Shown in pieces: positions 19,379 through 28,311 of a stretch of 64,000 nt of DNA. Below the pieces are notes generated by a model that worked only from the letters and a program-made list of their open reading frames with translations, searched no databases and had not been told where the DNA came from. The translations under genes were made by a program, and so were the position numbers. How positions within the stretch are numbered: position 1 is the first letter of the stretch; each line of letters starts with the position of its first letter. Source of the stretch: an uncultured Trueperaceae bacterium (lineage in GTDB: Bacteria; Deinococcota; Deinococci; Deinococcales; Trueperaceae); NCBI GenBank assembly GCA_963799485.1, contig CAWCXJ010000006.1:192001-256000 (forward strand), read 5' to 3'.

Positions 19379-20668
19379 CTAAGGCTGCAACCGGCTCCCG
19401 TCTCTCGGAAACGCCCGCGCAAACCGCACATTGGGAATATTGAGGAGCAGCGCCGTAAGCCGCTCCGCCCCGAGCGCGAACCCGCCGTGCGGCGGCATCC
19501 CGTACTTGAAGACCTCCAAGTAGCCCTTAAACGCCGCCGGGTCCATTTTGCGTTTTTGCAGTTCTTCGACGAGCACCGCGTAAGTGTGGATACGCTGCCC
19601 GCCGGAGCTGATTTCCAGTCCCCGGAAAATCAGGTCGAAACCCAGCGTCAGCCCGTCACCGGTCGGGTAAGTGTAAAAAGGCCGCGCGGCTTGCGGGTAG
19701 TTCGTGACAAAGACAAAATCCGAACCGTGTTCCTCTTTGGCCCAGCGCCCGATCAAGCGTTCGGCTTCGGGGTCTAGGTCTTTGCCGCCGGTTTGGTGCC
19801 CGTAACGCTCTGCCACCAGCTCTCTCGCCTCTAAAAGCGTAATCCGTGGGAACGCGGTCTTTACGTCCGGGGCAGCGGCCTCGAGCAGCGCCAACTCAGG
19901 CGAGCACGTCTCGGCGGCGTGCATCATCATCGTTTTGAGCAGGGTTTCCTCGAGCCCCATCACCTCGTCCACCGACTCGATAAAACCCATTTCAACATCA
20001 AGTGACAAGTATTCGGACAGGTGACGGCTGGTGTGCGACAACTCGGCGCGGTAGACCGGCGCGGTTTCAAACACCCGCTCGTACACGCCGACCATGATCT
20101 GTTTGTAAAGCTGCGGCGACTGCGCCAGATACGCGCGTTTGCCGTAATAATCGACTTCAAACAGGGCCGCGCCGCCCTCGGCACCCGCCGCCACGAGTTT
20201 AGGCGTAAAGATTTCGGTAAAGTCTTGGGCAATCAGGGTATCCCGGAATGAACGCACCAGTTCGGCCTGCACTTTGAGTGCGGCCCTGGCTTTAGGACTC
20301 CGCAGCGAGACGTGACGGTATTCCAGCAAGGTATCCGGGTTGACGTTCCACTCCTCTTTCGGGATTTCAATCGGCGCCGGTTCGGTCGCTTCGGCAATCA
20401 CTTCCAGCTTTTCGGCCTGAAGCTCCAACCCACCCGGTGCTTTTTTACTCTCGACGACCCGGCCCGACACGCGCACCGACGATTCGGCTAGCGGCAGGTC
20501 AACTTTGCCGAAAACGCACTGCACTACCCCCGTGCGGTCGCGCAGGAGCAGAAAACGGATGCCGCCTAAGTCGCGGCGCGAATGTACCCAGCCTTGCAAG
20601 CCGACGTGTTCGCCCAAGTGCTTAGGCAAGTTGGCAACGAGGGTGCGCGGTTCAGCGGTAATGCTCAC
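19379..20668 (-). CDS. aspS: Non-discriminating (archaeal-type) aspartyl-tRNA(Asp/Asn) synthetase, AspRS2
   Basis: GWVHSRRDLGGI, KAPGG, YLAQSPQLYKQ, EISSGGQRIH, YGMPPHGGF; AAGGGAG SD before GTG 20668. Confidence 0.92.
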   Translation of the reverse strand: MSITAEPRTLVANLPKHLGEHVGLQGWVHSRRDLGGIRFLLLRDRTGVVQCVFGKVDLPLAESSVRVSGRVVESKKAPGGLELQAEKLEVIAEATEPAPIEIPKEEWNVNPDTLLEYRHVSLRSPKARAALKVQAELVRSFRDTLIAQDFTEIFTPKLVAAGAEGGAALFEVDYYGKRAYLAQSPQLYKQIMVGVYERVFETAPVYRAELSHTSRHLSEYLSLDVEMGFIESVDEVMGLEETLLKTMMMHAAETCSPELALLEAAAPDVKTAFPRITLLEARELVAERYGHQTGGKDLDPEAERLIGRWAKEEHGSDFVFVTNYPQAARPFYTYPTGDGLTLGFDLIFRGLEISSGGQRIHTYAVLVEELQKRKMDPAAFKGYLEVFKYGMPPHGGFALGAERLTALLLNIPNVRFARAFPRDGSRLQP

Positions 20669-20684
20669 AAAAACTCCCTTAAGC

Positions 20685-20710
20685 AAAAAACCTCGAGGCT
20701 TGCTCGAGGT
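20685..20710 (-). terminator. Attenuator terminator in the aspS leader
   Basis: CCTCGAG-caagc-CTCGAGG-TTTTTT, 16 nt upstream of the aspS GTG. Confidence 0.8.
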
Positions 20711-20731
20711 CACAGGCTCACTTTTATGCGC

Positions 20732-20779
20732 CTACGCCCCGTACCACCAATTATCGTCGTCAAAGCGTCGGGGATTCAT
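20732..20779 (-). CDS. Putative aspS leader peptide MNPRRFDDDNWWYGA
   Basis: Extended -10 TGcTACAGT 7 nt before the ATG; GAC GAC GAT AAT run; antiterminator/terminator follow. Confidence 0.7.
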   Translation of the reverse strand: MNPRRFDDDNWWYGA

Positions 20780-20795
20780 AGGCTGAACTGTAGCA
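20775..20795. repeat. 21-bp direct repeat, copy 1
   Basis: TTCATAGGCTGAACTGTAGCA, identical at 25606-25626. Confidence 0.9.
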
Positions 20796-21033
20796 TTCAC
20801 GCCCACGCTAGGCAACTGCACCTTGATGTTTGCTGAACATACAGGTCGTTGCGGGCAGCCCGGACAAGCGGTACTCGAGCTTTATTTTACGGCGAATTTG
20901 GCATAGACGAGTTGGTTTTTTTGCGCCGTTGCGGCGCACCCTCCGGTACGGATGGACGCTTTTCAACCGCTCGCACATTTTTGACTACACCCAGCGAAAC
21001 TCGTCCCGGTTGTTGTCGTGGCTACGACGTAAA

Positions 21034-22017
21034 CTACGGTGCAAAAGTCGGCGTGCGCTCCGCACTTTCCGCAGCAGCTTCTTGAAGCCGTTCCACGTCG
21101 CGCCGTGGCGGTAGGCCGAAGTGCCTTTTGTACTCTCGACTAAAGTGCGAGGCGTCCTCGTAACCTACGCGGAAGGCGGCGCTCGCTGCGTCCAACTGCT
21201 CACCGAGCATCAGCCGCCGGGCTTCTTGCAGCCGCAGCCGCTTCTGGAACTGCAAGGGACTCATCGCGGTCACGGCCTTGAAGGTGTGGTGAAACCCCGA
21301 CACGCTCATATTGAGGTCTTGCGCGATGCTCTCTACCCGTAGCGGCTGGTCGAAGTCTTTACGGAGCCGCTCGATGGCCTTGGTAACGCGGTGTGTTTGG
21401 CCTCCCAAGCCAGCAATGTGACCGAGCCTACCGCCCTGCGCGCCCAGCAGCAGCCGGTAGACGATTTCGCGCATAACGAGTGGGGCGAGAAAAGCGGCGT
21501 CTTTGGGAGCGTCTACAAGCCTGACGAGCCGCAGCAAGGCGTCCAGCAGACCGGCGTCCAGCGCGCTGACGCCGATGGCCCGCAGGTCGGCCCGGGTTTT
21601 CGGTGCCAGGTAGTCGGCCTCGAGCATCACTGAACCGACGAGGGTGGGCTCGAGCTTCAGGCGCAAGCTGAGGTAGGGCTTTTCTTTCGACGCAGCCAGA
21701 ACGTGCGTTACCGTAGGCAGCTCACCTGTGACCAGCAGGTAATGGGCGGGGTCGTACTGATAGCGCTCGCCCCCGAGAAGAACTTCTTTGCTGCCCTGGG
21801 CAATCACGCAAAAAGCAGGCTCGGACACGCTGTGAAGCGGCTCTTTAGGCGAGGAGAGGCGGTGGAGGTAGAGACCTCTCAGCGGTTCAGCGCTCCCGTC
21901 TTCACGAACGACCCCGGCGACGCGCTCGACCAGCTCACCGATGCTGTCCTGCACCCTGGGCAATTCGCGGTTTGGCTGCCGAAAACTTACCGAGTTTATA
22001 GGAGCTCCATCAGACAT
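21034..22017 (-). CDS. AraC-family regulator (YqhC-like)
   Basis: EPAFCVIAQGSK, REIVYRLL, MSPLQFQKRLRLQEARRLM, VGYEDASHFSREYKR. Confidence 0.9.
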   Translation of the reverse strand: MSDGAPINSVSFRQPNRELPRVQDSIGELVERVAGVVREDGSAEPLRGLYLHRLSSPKEPLHSVSEPAFCVIAQGSKEVLLGGERYQYDPAHYLLVTGELPTVTHVLAASKEKPYLSLRLKLEPTLVGSVMLEADYLAPKTRADLRAIGVSALDAGLLDALLRLVRLVDAPKDAAFLAPLVMREIVYRLLLGAQGGRLGHIAGLGGQTHRVTKAIERLRKDFDQPLRVESIAQDLNMSVSGFHHTFKAVTAMSPLQFQKRLRLQEARRLMLGEQLDAASAAFRVGYEDASHFSREYKRHFGLPPRRDVERLQEAAAESAERTPTFAP

Positions 22018-22041
22018 TTCCCGCCGCCTTTTTGAAATTGC

Positions 22042-22072
22042 AGAATCGTTCAATTATCCTCGAGAATCATTC
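22042..22072 (+). promoter_or_regulatory. Putative AraC-family operator (direct repeat)
   Basis: AGAATCGTTC and AGAATCATTC at 21-bp spacing between the divergent AraC and AKR genes. Confidence 0.5.
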
Positions 22073-22513
22073 TACCAGTCTGCGCCACGGTGAGGCTAAA
22101 GTAACCATCAGGCGAAGGAACGACGCTCGAGCCCCAACCAACGCGTTGGAGTTTCGTTAAAGAGAACAGGAGCTTTACAGTGGATTCAATCACCCAGTTG
22201 ATGTTAAGAGCTGAACGCGACGCGGAGGCGGAGCGCCGCGCATACGTGGTGTACAAAGCCGACTTTATAGACGAAAACCCGGTGCGCTCACCCGAAGAGG
22301 ATACCTTTCGCGGACGCTTCAAGCTGTTTCGCCGTCAACGCCACCAGCGACCGTGTAAATGTGCCTGATTGAAGGAAAAACCCATGCAGACGCACAAACT
22401 CGGCGACCGTAATGGAGACGAGCAGATAATCTCACCGTTTCGACACAGCAGAGTACAAGCCATTCGCAAACCGGTGTTAGCTACAGGTAGTAACGCGGTA
22501 CTTAAGCCAGTAA

Positions 22514-23386
<873 letters not shown>

Positions 23387-23497
23387 GCCCATTTCAGCGT
23401 TACGGGAGAGCACCCCGAGGTTCCGAGACTGGCTCGAGCCGGTCGGCGACGAACAGTACCAAGGTTAAAATACCAAGGTAAGTAAAAGGGGTAAAAG

Positions 23498-24484
23498 ATG
23501 GACTACACGAAACTTGGCAACACCGGCGTTGACGTTTCCCGGATTTGTCTCGGCTGCATGAGTTTCGGCTCTGCCGAGAGCTGGGTTCACAACGAGTGGG
23601 CGCTTAGCGAAGAGGAAAGCCGCACCATCATCAAACGGGCGCTTGATTTGGGGGTCAATTTTTTTGATACCGCCAACGTTTACGCCTTCGGAAGCAGCGA
23701 AGAAATTCTCGGTCGGGCGTTAAAGGATTATGCCAACCGCGATGAAATCGTGCTTGCCACCAAGCTGCACGGCAAAATGCGCGACGGCCCGAACGGTTCC
23801 GGTTTGTCCCGTAAAGCCGTCATGAGCGAAATCGACAAGAGCTTGGAGCGTTTAGGGACGGATTACGTCGACCTCTACATCATCCACCGCTGGGACTACC
23901 ACACCCCTATCGAAGAAACGATGGAAGCGCTGCACGACGTGGTAAAAGCCGGTAAAGCCCGCTATATCGGCGCGTCGGCGATGTTCGCGTGGCAATTCCA
24001 GAGGGCGTTACATGTAGCTGAAAAGCACAACTGGACGCGCTTTGTGTCGATGCAAAACCACCTGAATCTCTTGTACCGTGAAGAAGAGCGCGAGATGCTG
24101 CCGCTCTGCCGTGCTGAAGGTATCGGGGTGACGCCGTACAGCCCACTCGCCTCGGGAAGATTGACGCGTGATTGGTCAGCAGAAAGCTCGGTTCGTGCGG
24201 AAACGGACAAAATCGCCAAGAGCAAATACGACGCTACTGCTGATACCGACAAGCAGGTTGTCGAGCGGGTTGCAGAGCTTGCAGAAAAGCAAGGGGTTCC
24301 GCGCGTCCACATCGCGCTTGCCTGGTTGTTACAAAAAGAGCCGGTCACAGCGCCCATCATCGGAGCTACCAAAATCTCACACCTCGAGGATGCCGTCGGG
24401 GCGCTGTCCGTTACGCTGACCCCGGACGAGGTCGGCTATTTAGAAGCGCCGTATGTGCCGCACGCCATCGTCGGGCATCAGTAG
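23498..24484 (+). CDS. Aldo/keto reductase (YajO-like)
   Basis: SRICLGCMSFG, NFFDTANVY, HRWDYHTPIEETMEALHDVVKAGKARYIG. Confidence 0.92.
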   Translation: MDYTKLGNTGVDVSRICLGCMSFGSAESWVHNEWALSEEESRTIIKRALDLGVNFFDTANVYAFGSSEEILGRALKDYANRDEIVLATKLHGKMRDGPNGSGLSRKAVMSEIDKSLERLGTDYVDLYIIHRWDYHTPIEETMEALHDVVKAGKARYIGASAMFAWQFQRALHVAEKHNWTRFVSMQNHLNLLYREEEREMLPLCRAEGIGVTPYSPLASGRLTRDWSAESSVRAETDKIAKSKYDATADTDKQVVERVAELAEKQGVPRVHIALAWLLQKEPVTAPIIGATKISHLEDAVGALSVTLTPDEVGYLEAPYVPHAIVGHQ

Positions 24485-24602
24485 CTGAACGGCTGGGACC
24501 TGTCAACCAAGGGCAAGCTCGAGCCTAATGAACGGCTGAGGTAGCTCGCAAAGAGCAAAAGGAGCTGACTGCCGGGGCGCTTAACGACCTCGGTAACAAT
24601 TT

Positions 24603-25541
24603 ATGACAACCACCGACAACCTACGCGGGGTCAGCTTTCTGGGGCTGGGGATGCTGATCTTCTCGCTTCAGGATGTCGCCGTCAAGTGGATTGGCGGCGA
24701 CTATCCCATTCTGGAAATCGTCGTTTTTCGCAGCTTGACCGCCTTGCCCCTCACGCTGCTGCTGTTTCGCCTCGAGGGGGGACGGGGGTTGCCCAAGACC
24801 CGGCAGCTCAGGCTCGAGGCTGTTCGCGGTCTCTTTTACTTTCTCTCGTACACCACATATTTCATGGGTTTAGCGTCGTTGCCGCTCGCCGAAATTGCCG
24901 CGATCAAGTTCTCCGGCCCCTTGATGATTACCTTTTTATCGGTCGTGATGCTGGGCGAAACGGTCGGGCCACGCCGCTGGCTGGCACTGCTCGTCGGCTT
25001 TGTGGGCGTTCTGCTGATTGTCAGACCCGGTATGGCAACCTTTAATATCGGCTCTATTTTTGTCTTGCTGTCTGTACTCTTCTACGCGCTGGCGGCGATA
25101 CTTACGCGCAGACTGCAAACCACCGACAGCAGCGCAACGATGGCCTACTTTAGCTCGCTCGTCTATCTGCTGGTCACACTCGTCTTGGTTCCCCCCATTC
25201 TTTTCGTCGGCGACTTTCCCAATGCTCACCCGAGCATCGCTTTTCTTTTTCGTACCTGGGCTACTCCGACTTTGCTGGATGGGGTCATCATGACCGGATT
25301 GGGGCTGATTTGGGCCGGGGGGATGTACTTTTTGGCTCGAGCCTACAGCGTCGCGCTGGCCTCGGTCGTAGCTCCGTTTGAGTATGTCGCGCTGCCGATT
25401 AACGTGCTGTGGGGCTTTATCCTCTGGCGAGAGCTGCCGGGGTGGACGACCTGGGCGGGGGCGTCATTGGCACTGCTTAGCGGATGGTACGTCTTGTACC
25501 GGGAACAGAGAGAACGGCGCGCTCAGACAGAGACAGCGTAG
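24603..25541 (+). CDS. DMT/EamA transporter
   Basis: About 10 hydrophobic segments; LGETVGPRRW, GVLLIVRPG, VAPFEY. Confidence 0.9.
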   Translation: MTTTDNLRGVSFLGLGMLIFSLQDVAVKWIGGDYPILEIVVFRSLTALPLTLLLFRLEGGRGLPKTRQLRLEAVRGLFYFLSYTTYFMGLASLPLAEIAAIKFSGPLMITFLSVVMLGETVGPRRWLALLVGFVGVLLIVRPGMATFNIGSIFVLLSVLFYALAAILTRRLQTTDSSATMAYFSSLVYLLVTLVLVPPILFVGDFPNAHPSIAFLFRTWATPTLLDGVIMTGLGLIWAGGMYFLARAYSVALASVVAPFEYVALPINVLWGFILWRELPGWTTWAGASLALLSGWYVLYREQRERRAQTETA

Positions 25542-25605
25542 CGGGCTCGCCTCTAAGGGCATTACGCCCTATATCACCGATTTTTAGGCTGTAAGGTGCA
25601 GAAGC

Positions 25606-25626
25606 TTCATAGGCTGAACTGTAGCA
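25606..25626. repeat. 21-bp direct repeat, copy 2
   Basis: Identical to 20775-20795. Confidence 0.9.
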
Positions 25627-26040
25627 CCCGTCTACTTCGGGGGCAGCTGCTAGGTTCCAAACTTCAAGTGATAGCGCCCCGCTCTGTTCCACGTTGGCTT
25701 ATTTCGTAGCTTCGTTACATGCCGTTTTTAAGCAAGCTTGTAGCAACTGTTCATGTTTTTTATGTCAGTCTTACTCAAGGCGGATTCGGTACCTTCCCCA
25801 GCGTGTATCGTAGTCCATCAGTACCAAACCTGAATCGTCCAGTTTCGTTTGGATTTTGTCGGAGTGCTCGAGTCTTTTCCTGAACTTGCGCCGCAAGTGC
25901 TTGTTGAGTTTGCCCAAAGCCCTGCTCCTCAATATTCCGAAGGTGTGCGGTTTGCAAGGGCGTTTCCGAGAGATGGGAGTCGGTTACAGCCGTAAAGATT
26001 TATCAACTCCGTAGCTGACAGATTTGCGCCGCGCCTCTAG

Positions 26041-26889
26041 CTAAGTAGTGGTCGAATCTATATCTATAAAAATCGCTATAGGTATGACCTTCATATGCTC
26101 ATCGTCAAATGTTTCAAGTTTGCCTACGTTATCCTGATCTGTCTGCTGAAAAAATAGTGCTAATGCTGGAAGGTTTCCGCTATTATCTTCTGATACACGG
26201 ATTGAGATGGGTGATCCTGTCATATCAAGAGCTAGCAGTGTGGTGGACGCTCGGATCGGTATACCGTATGCAACTTCGATCACTTCTGAATCTATCAATA
26301 GAAAATCGCGTTGTAATGCCCCAGCAATCTTCTCATCATAGAAGTAAACATCCACCCGCGGGCCCAACTTTTCCATTGCGGAATATACAACCTTTGTTTG
26401 GAATTTTTCTTCATCAGTTTGCTGTATAACGGGACTCTCCGTTATGAATTTCGTACTTTTTACGATTTTGCTGTAGTCAATAATAAAAGGATTCCCGATA
26501 ATTTTCAGAAAAGGTTTTCCGCTTCCGGGTTCGCCTAATATGCTGCGTTGCGCTAAAACGTCTTCAAAGGCTCCAAGAGCCGCATGGTGCAGAATTTGTC
26601 TTTGAACAGTCGTAAAAGTGTCAATGTTTTCAGTGCTGCCGCGAGAAAACTTGACACCGATTGGGAGGGCACCGCCACCTATTTGCGCTTCAGCTGTTGG
26701 ATTCTTTTTGTTTACGTTACTCGCGTCGACACGTTCAAAATACTCGGTCAAGCCGTTATGGAGCTGCGATAAATATGAAGTTATACGGTTAAAATCCAAA
26801 TAGAGGATTTCCCGGAGCGGCCTCTCGTGACTACTTTCGATGTTTCGTCTTTCTGAACTGTTCATCATAATATTTTCTAGTCTTCCCAT
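26041..26889 (-). CDS. Low-GC hypothetical protein, DUF6414-like
   Basis: N-terminal EILYLDFNRITSYLSQLHNGL resembles DUF6414 (from memory); AT-rich codons. Confidence 0.6.
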   Translation of the reverse strand: MGRLENIMMNSSERRNIESSHERPLREILYLDFNRITSYLSQLHNGLTEYFERVDASNVNKKNPTAEAQIGGGALPIGVKFSRGSTENIDTFTTVQRQILHHAALGAFEDVLAQRSILGEPGSGKPFLKIIGNPFIIDYSKIVKSTKFITESPVIQQTDEEKFQTKVVYSAMEKLGPRVDVYFYDEKIAGALQRDFLLIDSEVIEVAYGIPIRASTTLLALDMTGSPISIRVSEDNSGNLPALALFFQQTDQDNVGKLETFDDEHMKVIPIAIFIDIDSTTT

Positions 26890-26928
26890 TCTAGTTCTAG
26901 TTGTTTGTCAACGTTACCGCGAGTGAAC

Positions 26929-27555
26929 TCAAGTCTCTCCATTAAACAGCGGTGTCGCCCGCTCTTTACGCACCACCACATGACATTCGCGGCAGCGCGG
27001 CTCGTAACTCTCGGCGGCCCCGACCAAAATCACCGGGTCGTCGAAATGGGCCGGATGCCCGCCGATGAGCCTTTGGGTTCTTGTGGCAGCGGCCCCGCAG
27101 CGCACGCAGACAGCGGTGAGTTTCGTGACCGACTCGGCGCGGGCCAAAAGTTCAGGAATCGGGCCGAACGGTTCGCCGCGAAAGTCGAGGTCGAGACCGG
27201 CGACAATCACGCGCACGCCCGACTCGGCGAGGTCGGCGGCGCAGGTTACGAGGTCATGGGTCAAGAACTGGCCTTCGTCGATGGCAACGACTTGGACGCC
27301 CGGCTCGAGCCCTTGTTGCAACGCCTTCACCCCCGAAACTGAGCGCGCGTCAAGCGTCCGCCCGTTGTGCGAGGCGACCGCAACGCCTTCATGCAGGTCG
27401 TCGTAACGGTTGTCTAGCGCAGGCTTAAAAACTTGTACGTGTTGTTTGGCGATAAAGGCCCTGGTCGTGCGGCGAATCAACTCTTCGGATTTGCCCGAAA
27501 ACATCGGGCCGACGATGACCTCTAAAAAGCCTCCGCGAAAAGGGTAAAACGGCAT
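26929..27555 (-). CDS. tdk: Thymidine kinase
   Basis: [30 protein letters not shown], CxxC...YEPRCRECH. Confidence 0.95.
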   Translation of the reverse strand: MPFYPFRGGFLEVIVGPMFSGKSEELIRRTTRAFIAKQHVQVFKPALDNRYDDLHEGVAVASHNGRTLDARSVSGVKALQQGLEPGVQVVAIDEGQFLTHDLVTCAADLAESGVRVIVAGLDLDFRGEPFGPIPELLARAESVTKLTAVCVRCGAAATRTQRLIGGHPAHFDDPVILVGAAESYEPRCRECHVVVRKERATPLFNGET

Positions 27556-27636
27556 AAGCGCCACTCTAACCCGAATGTCGGCCCCGAACGCCGGAAGCAG
27601 AGCCTAGCGCCAGTAGACACGCGGTATGCTCAACCG

Positions 27637-28059
27637 ATGACCCTTATATTCCGGCGCAACGTGTTCTTGGTAGTTTTTCTGCTGATCGCCTCGGTTGACG
27701 CGCAAACGGCGCAACTAGCAGCGAGTTTGACAGTCGAGATCACGGCGTATAACTCTACCGTTGCCCAAACCGACGGTGACCCCACCATCACGGCGAGTGG
27801 CGCGGTTGCCGGCCCCGGTACGGTCGCGGTCAGCCGTGACCTGCTAGAACGTTTCCCTTATGGTTCAAAACTCGAGATTCTCTCGGTTTCCGGCAGTGGT
27901 TGCGGCGGCTGGGTGCCGGAAACGCCCCTGACGGTTGCCGACACCATGAACGCCCGTATCCAAAACCACCTCGACGTGTGGTTGGAAACCCTCGAGCAGG
28001 CCCGCAACTGGGGCCGCTGTCAGGCGGAGATAAGGCCTGTAGAAGCTGCTACGGAATAG
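27637..28059 (+). CDS. Secreted 3D-domain protein
   Basis: Signal peptide; TAYNS...QTDGDPTITASG, VAVSRDLL, VADTM, LDVW. Confidence 0.85.
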   Translation: MTLIFRRNVFLVVFLLIASVDAQTAQLAASLTVEITAYNSTVAQTDGDPTITASGAVAGPGTVAVSRDLLERFPYGSKLEILSVSGSGCGGWVPETPLTVADTMNARIQNHLDVWLETLEQARNWGRCQAEIRPVEAATE

Positions 28060-28311
28060 CCTAAAAAACACTCGAAGTCCTCCGGCAAGTTTTAGCGGCG
28101 TGACCTGCAGGCGCGTTCATGCTTTTCTGCGCTGTGCTCCCGGCTTCTGTCCCCTAAATCCCTCACCTCAAACCGCTTCAGGCCGTCACCAGGCTGTCAC
28201 AACCTGAACCCGAGATGTGAAAATCCTTAAGTGTACCGCTCAACGGCAACTTCAAACCCACGTGCTAGACTGGAACGTTAATTTAGGTTCTCTTGCTCTG
28301 AAGGAGACGGC

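Noticed and set aside
28183..28200. Pho-box-like CCGTCAC/CTGTCAC repeat upstream of secA
   Set aside because: Short, far from the -10 and without functional rationale
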